Notes: generated from the letters alone by a model not told the origin. A stretch of 64,000 bases of DNA from Planctomycetia bacterium (GCA_016200205.1 JACQFF010000167.1:2791-66790); one strand, 5' to 3'; shown: positions 41,348 through 51,149, counted from the stretch's first letter. Made by a program: numbers and translations.

Positions 41348-42017
41348 GCGAGGTTTGTCTCCGCTCGAGCCATTCGCTGGCCAATAATGCCGCTGCGGCC
41401 AAAGCGACCGAAATGGTTGCCAATCGCCAGACTTCGCCCAGGGCGCCCCAATTGCTGAAGATCGCCAGCGGAATGGTTTGGGTTTCGCCGACAATATTGC
41501 CCGCCACCATGATCGTGGCCCCGAATTCGCCCAAGCTGCGGGCAAACGCCAGCACGCATCCGGCCAACACGCCGCGGCGAGCCAGCGGCAGCGTGACCGT
41601 CCAGAACGCATCAAGCCGGCCTGCACCCAAACTGCGGGCTGCCATTTCCAGTCGCGGATCCACGGCCTGAAACGCCAGGCGGATCGCGCGAACCATCAGC
41701 GGAAAGCTGACCACGGCCGCGGCCACCGCCGCCCCCCACCAGGTCAACACAATCCGCAGCCCTAGCCAGGTTTCAAGCGCGTGCCCCAACGGCCCGCTGG
41801 GCGCAAAACAAACCAAAAGCAGATAGCCAGTCACCACCGGCGGAAGGACTAACGGCAAGTTGACCAGGACTTCCAACAGCCATTTCGAGCGGGACTGCCA
41901 GCGGGCCAAAACATAGGCAACCAGCACCGCCGCCGGCAGGCTGACCAGCACGGCGCCGAGGCCGACCTGAAAACTCAGCCGCAGGGCCAACCATTCTTCG
42001 GAACTCAACGACCACAT
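41334..42017 (-). CDS. modB: molybdate ABC transporter permease
   Basis: 227 aa with 5 TM helices. NLPLVLPPVVTGYLLL and the EAA-like loop RSLGAGRLDAFWTVTLPLA. Confidence 0.9.
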   Translation of the reverse strand: MWSLSSEEWLALRLSFQVGLGAVLVSLPAAVLVAYVLARWQSRSKWLLEVLVNLPLVLPPVVTGYLLLVCFAPSGPLGHALETWLGLRIVLTWWGAAVAAAVVSFPLMVRAIRLAFQAVDPRLEMAARSLGAGRLDAFWTVTLPLARRGVLAGCVLAFARSLGEFGATIMVAGNIVGETQTIPLAIFSNWGALGEVWRLATISVALAAAALLASEWLERRQTSRESA

Positions 42018-42029
42018 GCTCTTGCGGTT

Positions 42030-42836
42030 TTAGGGCTTGGCGTTTTCGGGAGGCGTCAACACGACAAATCCATGTTGACGAAAAATGGCGCTGGCGGCCG
42101 GCGAACTGAGAAATTGATAAAAGGCGACCGCCGCCGGGCTGGTTGCCCCATGCACTAACAAAACCAAGGGATAACGAATCGGCTGCGAAAGTTCAGGATC
42201 AATCCGGATCGCGATGCGAACCCGCTTACTGGTCGCGGCATCGGTGGCGTACACGATGCCCGCTTCCGCCGCGCCGGTTTCCACAAAATGCAAGGCCTGC
42301 CGCACGTCAGCGGCTCCAGTGGCCTTCGACTCGAGCGGTTTCCAAAGCTCAAGATTATCGAGCGTTTGCCTGGCGTAAATGCCCGCCGGCACCGATTTCG
42401 GATCCGCCAAGGCCAGGTGTCGAATTTGGGGCTGCACCAGATCGCCGGGCCGCTCGATGCTGATTGCCGAATCCGCCGGCACAACAACCACGAGTTGATT
42501 GCCTAACAGATCCTGCTGTCGGTGGATCAACTTTTGTTTAGCCAGGAATTCGGCCCACTCGGTGCTGGCGGAAAGGAACAGGTCGGCATCTGCTCCCGCG
42601 CGGATTTGCTGCGCTAAGGTCGAACTGGCGCCAAAACTCGTGCGGATCATGACCTTGGGATGGAGGCGGACAAACTCGCCGCGGATTTGATTCACCGCCT
42701 CTGTCGTGCTGGCCGCCGCGAGCAGCAACAGCTTGCCCGAGAGCTCCGTCCCCTCGGCCGCGGCCACGCCGGCTTGAGGGCTTAGCGGAGCGCAGGCCAG
42801 CAGAATCGTTGCCAGTCGAAGGCGAGTTCTCAGCAT
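42030..42836 (-). CDS. modA: molybdate-binding periplasmic protein
   Basis: Signal peptide, LLLLAAASTTEAV..I...F, SFGASSTLAQQI and the VPAGIYA block. Confidence 0.9.
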   Translation of the reverse strand: MLRTRLRLATILLACAPLSPQAGVAAAEGTELSGKLLLLAAASTTEAVNQIRGEFVRLHPKVMIRTSFGASSTLAQQIRAGADADLFLSASTEWAEFLAKQKLIHRQQDLLGNQLVVVVPADSAISIERPGDLVQPQIRHLALADPKSVPAGIYARQTLDNLELWKPLESKATGAADVRQALHFVETGAAEAGIVYATDAATSKRVRIAIRIDPELSQPIRYPLVLLVHGATSPAAVAFYQFLSSPAASAIFRQHGFVVLTPPENAKP

Positions 42837-42938
42837 CTCAGTACCTTAACTCATCACTCGGCGCCAGGAAAGCCAGCACAGCAGAGGACTCTTAGAGCAA
42901 TCGGATAAAGCCCAACTGCCACCCTTGCAAACGGTGTT

Positions 42939-43385
42939 TCACGCCCGCTGGCGGTTTAGCGTCGCACCAGCCGATAGGTTTTGTCCAGCCGCACTAAGCA
43001 GGCGAGCCTTCCCGCAAGGCGGCACGTTCGGTCGTTTGCAATCGATGCTCTTGCCGGACCAGTTGGCCGCAGGCGGCGGCGATATCGGCGCCCAGCGAAT
43101 AACGCGTGGTATGACCGCTTCAATCAGCAGCTTTTGCGAGGTACGGAAGATGAGCTTGCTGGCGCCATCCAATTGCGAATCGTGTCGGCTTTGCAGTTCG
43201 AGCGGATGGAACTCCACCTCGGTGGCGAAAATGGCCCGTTGGGCGTCGGGCAATTCCGCCAGCGCTGCGTCGGCGGGCAGGTGTTTTTTATAAAAGGCGT
43301 TGCGCAGTTGTCGGAGCCGATAGCTGTCGATTTTGTGTCGGCGACGGAACTCTTCGACGCCCGGTAAATCGTGGATGCTTAACAT
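42939..43385 (-). pseudogene. remnant of an RlmN/Cfr-family radical-SAM rRNA methyltransferase (N-terminal domain only)
   Basis: The first ~94 aa (43104-43385) follow the RlmN N-domain pattern (..YRLRQL.NAFY.., SQLDGASKLIF.....LIEAVIPR). The expected CxxxCxxC core is absent, and the ORF runs into low-quality sequence and stops about 100 nt before modA. Confidence 0.5.
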
Positions 43386-43451
43386 GGCTTGGACGTGCCG
43401 AATTCCCTCTCACCTGGCGAGAGTGGGCGATAACGAAGATCTCGCCCACGA

Positions 43452-45686
43452 CTAGCCACCCGAAGCTGCCGTTTGAGCAATTGGCCGGAAACGAAAAATG
43501 TTGCCGGTGTCGGTCGTGTAATAAACTTCGCCTAGTTCATCTTCGCCAAATGAGATGATGGGCATGATGTTGCCGCGGATCGAGTAATTGGCGATGGCCT
43601 GTTTTTTCTGTTCGTCATATTTCAAGGCCCAAACTTTGCCCGTGACATAATCGGCATACAAATAACAGCCCACCAACTGGGGCAATCGCGTGCCGCGATA
43701 GACCACGCCGCCGGTAATCGACTTGCCCGTCTCGTGATGGTATTCCCAAATCGGGTCGACCAAATCGGGCCGCGGATCGGCGCCGGACGTGCCGAACTTG
43801 TGCAAGCCTTCACGCAGGTTCCAGCCGTAGTTGCCGCCTTTGACAATCAGATCGATCTCTTCCCACAAGTCTTGGCCCACGTCGGCGCACCACAGCGTGC
43901 CGGTTTGCCGGTCGAAGGCGATCCGCCAAGGATTGCGCATGCCGTAGGACCAGATTTCGCCGTATGCCTTTTCGCCTTGGCCGGCAAACGGATTGTTCTT
44001 CGGAATCGCATATTTCTTTCCCTTGTCGCGATGATCGACGTCGATCCGCAGAATCTTTCCCAAGTGGGTTTTCAGATTTTGGCCGTTGCCAAACGGGTCG
44101 TTGCCCAAGCCGCCGTCGCCAACGGCGATATACAGGTACCCATCGGGACCGAAGACCAATGTGCCCCCTTTATGATTCCAAAAGGGGTGCTCGATCCGCA
44201 GGATTTCTTCTTCCGAATTCGGATCGGCCTGGTTGGGATCGTTTTTCGAAACCCGGAACCGCGACACGACGACCGTGTTGGGCTTGGGCGTGGCGGTGGG
44301 AGTGTAATAAATGAAGAACTGGCCGTTCTCGCGATATTTGGGATGGAACGCCATGCCCAAAAATCCCTTTTCATTTTCCTTGTCCTTGAACACCACCCGC
44401 GATTCGATGTCCAAAAAGATCTTCGTCCGCTCCACGCTTGGATCGTTGGGGAACACGTGAATGGTGCCCAACTGCGAGGGGACGAACAGGCGGTTCGAGC
44501 CGTCGCCGGCGTGCGTCAGCAAAATCGGCCGGTTGATCTTCAGATTCGGGAATGCTTTTTCGACTTCCAGGTCGCTAGCCGTTTCCTGCAGCTTGAACGA
44601 CGGACTCAAGTCGCTTGCCACCGATACGGCCAAGGCAAACAAATCGCCGATTTTGAGCTGACGCTTGTTGGCCGAGTCGTCTCCCACCTGCCGAATCACG
44701 ATCAGGTCCAGGCTGGGCACGATCAGCATGTCGTTATCGAACTTGCCCATGGCGGCATAAGCATCCGACGGCACGCCGGGCCAGGCGCCGGTGCTGTTGT
44801 TCCACCACAAATAACCGTAACGCTTATTGAGATCTTGCGACGTGTGAGACGCTTGCGCTACCCAGTCCGCGGCAATCAGTTTCTTGCCCTGCCACGCGCC
44901 CTTGTTCAAAAACAACAACCCAAAGCGGGCCAGGCTGCGAGCCGTGATGTGCAAACCCGAATAGGGAATCGGCATACGATCGCGATCCTCCCAGGTCCAG
45001 TCTTCGCGTGGAATGCCGATCTTCTTGAAGATCTGGTCGTCGAGAATCTGAGCGACGTTTTGCCCGGTTGCCTTGTGCACCACAGGGCTCAGCAGCGACA
45101 GCCCGGAGTTGTTGTACTCCCATTTCTCGCCCGGCGCAAAATCCATCGGCAATTGCGACGATAGGGCGAACGAAAACAAATCGCTCTTATCGAGAATCGC
45201 GTTATCATTGTGCGCCCCGGATGTCATGGACAACAAATGGCGGACCGTGATCTCGCGCTTTTGCGGTGGGTCGGCCTCCGGAAAAAAGTCGCCCACTTTG
45301 CTATCGAGTTTCAGCTTGCCCGAGGCAATCGCCAACCCGGCCGCCGTGCTGGCGAACGACTTGCTCGTCGAGTAAACCGGGAATCGGCTCTCGGCCTTGG
45401 CATCGTCGAAATACCATTCGCCCACAATCTTGCCATGCCGCACGACCAGGCCGGTCTTGCTGCCGTTTTCCTTGAGCCACTTGCCGACCAGCTCGAGCCC
45501 CTCGGACGACATCTGCTGCGTCTCGGGCTTGGCCACCTGCCAATCGGGCACCGGAAAAACCGTTTGAGGGGTGGGCGGTGGGAAAACCGTTTGCGCCGGC
45601 GACGATGCGCCTACACCCAAAAGCAGCACAAACACAAACGACAGTCTTCCAGCAGCAGGCAATTTCATCGATCGGTTTCCTTGCAC
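43452..45686 (-). CDS. secreted fusion protein: beta-lactamase-family serine hydrolase + PQQ-dependent sugar (sorbosone/glucose) dehydrogenase beta-propeller
   Basis: Signal peptide and the SxxK motif VYSTSKSF in the N-terminal half. The C-terminal half has HKGGTLVFGPDGYLYIAVGDGG, NYGWN and ITGG..YRG motifs. Confidence 0.8.
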   Translation of the reverse strand: MQGNRSMKLPAAGRLSFVFVLLLGVGASSPAQTVFPPPTPQTVFPVPDWQVAKPETQQMSSEGLELVGKWLKENGSKTGLVVRHGKIVGEWYFDDAKAESRFPVYSTSKSFASTAAGLAIASGKLKLDSKVGDFFPEADPPQKREITVRHLLSMTSGAHNDNAILDKSDLFSFALSSQLPMDFAPGEKWEYNNSGLSLLSPVVHKATGQNVAQILDDQIFKKIGIPREDWTWEDRDRMPIPYSGLHITARSLARFGLLFLNKGAWQGKKLIAADWVAQASHTSQDLNKRYGYLWWNNSTGAWPGVPSDAYAAMGKFDNDMLIVPSLDLIVIRQVGDDSANKRQLKIGDLFALAVSVASDLSPSFKLQETASDLEVEKAFPNLKINRPILLTHAGDGSNRLFVPSQLGTIHVFPNDPSVERTKIFLDIESRVVFKDKENEKGFLGMAFHPKYRENGQFFIYYTPTATPKPNTVVVSRFRVSKNDPNQADPNSEEEILRIEHPFWNHKGGTLVFGPDGYLYIAVGDGGLGNDPFGNGQNLKTHLGKILRIDVDHRDKGKKYAIPKNNPFAGQGEKAYGEIWSYGMRNPWRIAFDRQTGTLWCADVGQDLWEEIDLIVKGGNYGWNLREGLHKFGTSGADPRPDLVDPIWEYHHETGKSITGGVVYRGTRLPQLVGCYLYADYVTGKVWALKYDEQKKQAIANYSIRGNIMPIISFGEDELGEVYYTTDTGNIFRFRPIAQTAASGG

Positions 45687-45941
45687 GGTGTCTCGCGGCC
45701 TAACTTGGGGTGGTTCGACAAGCCGTCATAATAAATACAACGCCATGCGGAATGCAAATTGCCATCTCGCAAATCGGCCCGCGCCGCAATGAACTCGCGA
45801 TAAGCACCAGTGCCGGTAAATCCAGCCGAATCGACCAATGGTGGGATGCCTATTGCATGGACGGGTGCGAAGTCGGCGAGTAAACTCGCTTTCTTGTCGC
45901 GGCGATCCGCTCGTACAACGCGCTGCTGGGGGAAAGAGAAT

Positions 45942-46364
45942 ATGACTCAGATCACGCAATACAAAGGCTACTCGACCGGCAGGCCGCCGATCATTCCCAA
46001 GCCAGACCACCCGGTCGATCCGATTATCCTCACGGTCCAACAGGGTGTGCCCGTGGCCTATCCCAACTGCCACGGCGTCGGCGTGCGCGTCGTGCATCCT
46101 GTCAACCCGAACGCGCCCTCGAAGAACATGAGCCTGACCATGTTCTACGTTCCGCCCCATGCGGTGCTGCCCAGCGGGTCGCACGAAACCGAAGAGACCT
46201 ACGTCATTCTGGAAGGGTCTGGTTCGATGACGTTTGCCAATTTCAATCGCGAAGTCAAAAAAGGGGATTTTGTTTACCTGCCCCCGTGGTGCGAGCACGG
46301 CATCGAGAACACAGGCACGCAGCCGCTGGTGGTGCTGATTGCCACTTCGCCCCCCAATCCCTGA
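45942..46364 (+). CDS. cupin domain protein
   Basis: ATG at 45942 after gggggaaagag. GSHETEETYVILEG and GDFVYLPPWCEHGIEN are the two cupin motifs. Confidence 0.7.
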   Translation: MTQITQYKGYSTGRPPIIPKPDHPVDPIILTVQQGVPVAYPNCHGVGVRVVHPVNPNAPSKNMSLTMFYVPPHAVLPSGSHETEETYVILEGSGSMTFANFNREVKKGDFVYLPPWCEHGIENTGTQPLVVLIATSPPNP

Positions 46365-46638
46365 TTTCTCTCATTAACCGGTGCTACAACTCCGCGCAGA
46401 ATATTGCCAGTGTGGCAGAATGTCGCACACTTGCGGGCCATTTCAACCGCTAGCAAAGCTATCTCATCAATACTATAGCAACAGACGCGTGGCCCGAAGT
46501 TGTTGCCGTCGAGGTACTTTGCCGAAGAGCCGTTTTTCAGCGGCTTCCTGGCATGCTTTTTGCAACCTCGATGGACCATCCAACACGGATCACGGGAGAC
46601 ACGATACTCCGAGCCTCTTTTTCATGGAGGGTATCACG

Positions 46639-46848
46639 ATGCTAGTTCTCAGCCGCAAGCAGGGCGAACAGTTGCAAATCGGCGACAACATCACGATTAC
46701 TGTGCTCGAAGTGCATGGACGCAAATTGAAACTTGGTGTCCAAGCGCCGCACGGTGTGCGCATTCTGCGCGCCGAGCTAGACTTTTTTCGCGAATCTACG
46801 CCAGCGGTCATCAGACGCAAACCGGCCGCGATGTTGATTAGCGCTTGA
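46639..46848 (+). CDS. csrA: carbon storage regulator CsrA
   Basis: MLVLSRKQGEQLQIGDNITITVLEV.G.KLKLGV.AP..V.ILRAE, preceded by ggaggg. Confidence 0.85.
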   Translation: MLVLSRKQGEQLQIGDNITITVLEVHGRKLKLGVQAPHGVRILRAELDFFRESTPAVIRRKPAAMLISA

Positions 46849-47083
46849 CGGTCGACGAGTCCAGCGCTCGATCGAGCCGGCAATCGAGTTATCGGCAACA
46901 AAACCCGCTGCCTGCGGGAAGCCGATCGAGCCGACGTTCCATAGTCTGAAACGGTCTGCGAGCTAGCGCATCTCCTGGGTGCCGGTGGCCAGTTCGTCGG
47001 TAGACGAAATAGCCACATTCAAAAACGGCGGGATGAGTTTCTCGTTTCGCCGTCGCGGCGTTAAGCTACTACTGGGGCCGGCG

Positions 47084-47908
47084 ATGCTGTCAGGTTCCCT
47101 CTGCGATCGATCGGATTGGGATCTTTGCGTGAAATCGCTTCGTTTGAGAATTGTCGCGGCACTCCTTGTGCTGGCGGCGGTTTGCTCGGCAATGGCTCTT
47201 CTGCCGGTTCGCGATTACGTGCGCGAGCTTCTGGGATGGATGGAAGGGTTGGGCTTTTGGGGCCCCATGCTGTTGGTGGCCGCCTACGTTTTGGCGTGTT
47301 TGTTCTGTATTCCCGGCTTTTTACTCTCGGTGGGGGCGGGATTTCTGTTCGGAGTTGTCGTCGGCACCATCACGGTCTCGATCGGCAGCGTGCTGGGGGC
47401 TAGCGCCGCCTTTTTGGTCGGCCGCATGCTGGGGCTCGACACGCTAAAACAGATGATTGCAGGCTATCCCAAGTTCGCGGCCATTGACCGCGCGGTCGGG
47501 CGCGAGGGGTTTAAGATCGTTTTGCTCGCGCGGCTCTCGCCGGTCATCCCTTTCAATTTCCTGAATTACGCTCTGGCCTTGAGTCCGGTGAGGCTGCGCG
47601 ATGTTGTCTTAGCCTCGTGGATCGGGATGTTCCCAGCGACGTTGACATACGTCTACATCGGCTCGACCCTGGCGGATCTTGCCGAACTCGGCGACAAAAC
47701 GTCCGAGTACGCAACGACGCGGCACGTCTTCCTCGCACTTGGCCTGGCGGCGACAATTTTGCTGACGGTTTCAGTAACGCGCATGGCGCGCAAAGCGCTC
47801 GGAGAAGCCGATGGCGAGTCCGCCGGCCAACGGACCGCGCCGAACCGTCCCGCCAGCCCGGCGGATCAGGATTGCACGGATGCGATCGGAAAAACTTCGC
47901 CAGATTAG
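47084..47908 (+). CDS. TVP38/TMEM64 (DedA-related) family membrane protein
   Basis: GFWGPMLLVAAYVLACLFCIPGFLLSVGAGFLFG and ..RLSPVIPFNFLNYALAL.. Start uncertain (ATG 47084 or upstream). Confidence 0.8.
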   Translation: MLSGSLCDRSDWDLCVKSLRLRIVAALLVLAAVCSAMALLPVRDYVRELLGWMEGLGFWGPMLLVAAYVLACLFCIPGFLLSVGAGFLFGVVVGTITVSIGSVLGASAAFLVGRMLGLDTLKQMIAGYPKFAAIDRAVGREGFKIVLLARLSPVIPFNFLNYALALSPVRLRDVVLASWIGMFPATLTYVYIGSTLADLAELGDKTSEYATTRHVFLALGLAATILLTVSVTRMARKALGEADGESAGQRTAPNRPASPADQDCTDAIGKTSPD

Positions 47909-48109
47909 CTGTTTGCAGCCCGTTCTCCGGTCGATTTTCCAGCGCGCCGGTCGCAAGCCGCGACCCGCTATTGCCCGTGCGCCAGCCTGGGTGTTACAAT
48001 CTTGAATTCCCTGCCTGGCGAGGCGCATGAGGCAGTGGTTGACCTGTGCGGGCGCCGGCATTTCGGCGCGCCTTGACAGATCCCTCTAACATTCGATTCG
48101 GAGTTGTAC

Positions 48110-48196
48110 GTGGGTACGAAGAAGACAGGTAAAGGTCGGCGGAAGCTCGGTCGCAAGAAACGTCGCATGCGTTCCAAGATTCGCCATCGCAAATAG
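48110..48196 (+). CDS. tiny basic protein (28 aa), bS22 / AURKAIP1-COX24-like pattern
   Basis: GTG at 48110 lies 6 nt after ggag. VGTKKTGKGRRKLGRKKRRMRSKIRHRK resembles the KKRRKRMxKKKHRK signature. A TTGACA hexamer lies at 48073-48078. Confidence 0.45.
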   Translation: MGTKKTGKGRRKLGRKKRRMRSKIRHRK

Positions 48197-48314
48197 TTCT
48201 GATTTCCGCACCCGCTCGGCAGCGCGACTTTGCAATCGTCTTTGAGCCGCTGCCGCGAATCGTCTCGTTCGCTGCGCTTGCCAGGCAAATCGAAACCGTT
48301 CGCGCCGAATCGCC

Positions 48315-48767
48315 TCACCCTTTCAATCCCGTGGTGGTGATGCCCTTTAAAAAGGTGCGCTGCGTGAAGAAAAAGAGGATCACAATTGGCAGCGTGAACA
48401 GCACCGCGGCGGCCATCAGCAGATTCGTTTGGCTCGAATACGAGCTTACGAACTGCTCCAGGCCATAGGCCAAGGGAAATCGGGCCGGGTCGTTCAAGTA
48501 CAACAGCGGGCCATTGAAATCGTTCCAGGAAGCAATGAACTGGAACAAGGCCACGGTGGCCAGCGCCGGCTCGGAAAGCGGCAGCACGATCCAGCAAGAT
48601 TTGCGCAAATGCCAAAAAATTGGCATCGTCGTGACCGCCTCGACATAATTGGCTGCTCGCGAGTCGACGGGCAAAACGCGATGCGGACGTGGCCAATTCG
48701 CCGAGCGGCACGACAGCCCCACGATGGGCCCAGTCGGCCACGATCGGATCGTCTTGATTGAGCACAT
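48315..48767 (-). pseudogene. remnant of a carbohydrate ABC transporter permease (MalG/UgpE-like)
   Basis: The C-terminal ~90 aa are a clean match (LPLSEPALATVALFQFIASWNDFNGPLLYL..QRTFLKGITTTGLKG). An N-terminal-type ..ANYVEAV...PIFWHLRKSCWIV motif is fused directly to it. The middle TM segments and EAA loop are missing, and the upstream sequence shifts frame. Confidence 0.55.
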
Positions 48768-48935
48768 CGGGCGGGTCGTTGCTGGCCGCGCTCAAGAAGA
48801 ACTTCAAATCCAAATTGTAGCCGAGCATGGGCCGGAAGCGAGTCGGGTTGTGACCCGTGGCGGGGATTGCCCGGCTGGGACAGCCCTTGCGGAGCGTGCT
48901 ACACTTAAGATAGTGATTGCCTCGATTGGTCGTGC

Positions 48936-51149
48936 ATGAAATTCCTCTCCACCAAACACGCCCGACGGCGTTTCGCCGTCGCTCGCGACGTTCACGGTGT
49001 GCCGCATATTTCGGCCGGATCGTGGCGTGGCGCCCTGTATGGTCTGGGCTACATGCACGCCATCGACCGGCCGACTCAGTTGCTCTTCTCTCGAGCGGTC
49101 GCCAGTGGGCAATCGACCGAACTGATCGCCGATAAGCCCGAGCTCTTGGAGATGGACCGCTTCTTCCGCCGCACGGGCCTTTATCTGAACCTCGAATCCG
49201 AAGTCGGCAACCTCGACGACCAGACGTTCGACCAATTGACCGCCTATTGCGAGGGAGTCAACGACGGCATGAAGGACGCCGGCCGCTCACTGCCGATGTG
49301 GGCCACCGGCTTTGTGCCGCGGCCGTGGAATCAGCGCTCGGTTTTGCTGATGGGCAATCTGCTCAGCTTCGGCGGATTGGTGGTCGGCCAACAGCAGAAC
49401 GAGCGCATTTTGCTCGACTTGATTCACGCAGGCGTCGCCGATGACAAACTGCGAGAGCTGTTCAGTCCGTTGTTGGATGGGGCCGATTTCGATTTGTTGC
49501 GGCGAGTGAAAATCGCCAGCCAACTTTCGGACGAAGCGCTGGAACTGATGACCGATTTGCCGCGTTTGGCCGGCAGCAACGCTTGGGCTGTCAGCCCAAA
49601 ACGAAGCGCGACCGGTTCGGCCCTCTTGGCCTCCGACCCGCATCTGGAAGTCAACCGGCTGCCGGCGATTTGGTATGAAGCCGAGCTGCACTGGGGCGAA
49701 AACGGCGAGAATTATGTACTGGGGGCTACACTCCCCGGCTGCCCGCTGTTTGCGATCGCTCGCACGCACAATCTTTCGTGGGGAGTTACCTATCTGAAAG
49801 GGGACACGAGCGATTATTTTATCGAAGATTGCCGTCATGGCGGCAGCACCGGCTGGCAATACCGCCGCGGCGACGAGTGGATCGACTTCGCACTGCGCGA
49901 AGAGCAGATCGCACGCAAGGGCCATGCGACCGAAACGATGCGGGTCCACTACAACGATCAGGGCACCTTGGAATCGGACCCTCAGCCCGGCGTGAGCGGC
50001 TATTATCTTTCGACCTCGTGGATCGGCGACCAACGTGGCGCGAGCCGTTCGATTGCCACCTGGCTCGAAGTGGTGGCGGCTGCCGATGCCGCCGAAGCCA
50101 TGGACATCGTGCGCGAGTGTCCGCTGCCGACTTTGTGCTGGGTATTTGCCGACCGCGACGGGCACATCGGCATGCAGGCGAACGGCTGGTTTCCACGTCG
50201 TCCCCGAGAATACAATGGGCTGTTGCCGATTCCGGCTTGGGACAGGCGCAATCACTGGCGCGGCAAACTCGCGAGCGGTGTGCTGCCGCGGATCTACGAT
50301 CCGCCCGAAGGGTTCGTCGCCTCGGCCAACGAAGACATCAATGGGCCCGGCGGCCCGATCTTGGTCACGCTGCCCGTGCCCGACTATCGCAAGCGGCGGA
50401 TCGTCGAACAACTCGAAAAAATGGCCTCCGCCACGGTCGAAGAAATGCAAGCCCTGCAATACGACGTGGTCAGCCTGCAAGCGCGAGATTTGCTCGCCGT
50501 GTTTTTGCCTTGCATGCCCGAAGGAAAAATCAAACAGCGGCTTGCCGCGTGGGATTGCAGCTACCCGCCGGACAGCTACGAAGCCACGCTGTTTTCGCGC
50601 CTCTATCGCAATGTGCTGTTGGAGATTTTCGGCCACGAGCAGGGAATCGGCTGGCGGCGAATGTTGTATCTGTGCAGCCGCGTCGGGTTCTCGACCATGG
50701 TGCTTACGTCCATCGATCGGTTGTTGTTGGGAAAAGATTCGTTGTGGTGGAAGGACCGGGACAAAGCCTCGTTGATCCGTCGGGCGGCCGAACGGTTGGC
50801 AGGTGAAAAAGAAGAGCCTTGGTCGGCCATCAATGGCTTTCACTTCACCAATCGCTACGTGGAAAGCCGCTTCGTGGGCCGGGCGTTCGGATTCCATACC
50901 CGCGAGATGGCGCTGCCCGGCTGCCACGCCACGATCTTTCAGGGCCACCTGTTGCGGGCCGCACGCCGCGAGGCCTCCTTTGCCCCGTCCTATCATTTCG
51001 TGACCGAAATGGGTACGGACGAGGCCTGGACCAATTTGCCCGGCGGACCCAGCGAGAGCCGCGTCTCAGGCTATTACAAAGTCGACATCCCCCGCTGGCG
51101 GAGCGGCAAATACAAACGCCTGGCGGTGGAGCCTAACGGGTCGCTTTAA
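48936..51149 (+). CDS. penicillin acylase family (S45 Ntn-hydrolase; acyl-homoserine-lactone/beta-lactam acylase-like)
   Basis: 737 aa with DRPTQL, the autoprocessing and nucleophile site LAGSNAWAV, and SDPHL. Length and layout fit the family. Confidence 0.9.
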   Translation: MKFLSTKHARRRFAVARDVHGVPHISAGSWRGALYGLGYMHAIDRPTQLLFSRAVASGQSTELIADKPELLEMDRFFRRTGLYLNLESEVGNLDDQTFDQLTAYCEGVNDGMKDAGRSLPMWATGFVPRPWNQRSVLLMGNLLSFGGLVVGQQQNERILLDLIHAGVADDKLRELFSPLLDGADFDLLRRVKIASQLSDEALELMTDLPRLAGSNAWAVSPKRSATGSALLASDPHLEVNRLPAIWYEAELHWGENGENYVLGATLPGCPLFAIARTHNLSWGVTYLKGDTSDYFIEDCRHGGSTGWQYRRGDEWIDFALREEQIARKGHATETMRVHYNDQGTLESDPQPGVSGYYLSTSWIGDQRGASRSIATWLEVVAAADAAEAMDIVRECPLPTLCWVFADRDGHIGMQANGWFPRRPREYNGLLPIPAWDRRNHWRGKLASGVLPRIYDPPEGFVASANEDINGPGGPILVTLPVPDYRKRRIVEQLEKMASATVEEMQALQYDVVSLQARDLLAVFLPCMPEGKIKQRLAAWDCSYPPDSYEATLFSRLYRNVLLEIFGHEQGIGWRRMLYLCSRVGFSTMVLTSIDRLLLGKDSLWWKDRDKASLIRRAAERLAGEKEEPWSAINGFHFTNRYVESRFVGRAFGFHTREMALPGCHATIFQGHLLRAARREASFAPSYHFVTEMGTDEAWTNLPGGPSESRVSGYYKVDIPRWRSGKYKRLAVEPNGSL

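Noticed and set aside
42837-42938. Looked for a Moco riboswitch upstream of modA and a TPP riboswitch upstream of thiS (8436-8453) and of the binding-protein gene (23644-23794)
   Set aside because: The modA leader is only ~100 nt and I could not find the conserved Moco motif elements. thiS is 18 nt from the preceding gene. The 23.7-kb leader lacks the CUGAGA/ACCUGA TPP signature. An Infernal scan would be needed to be definitive.
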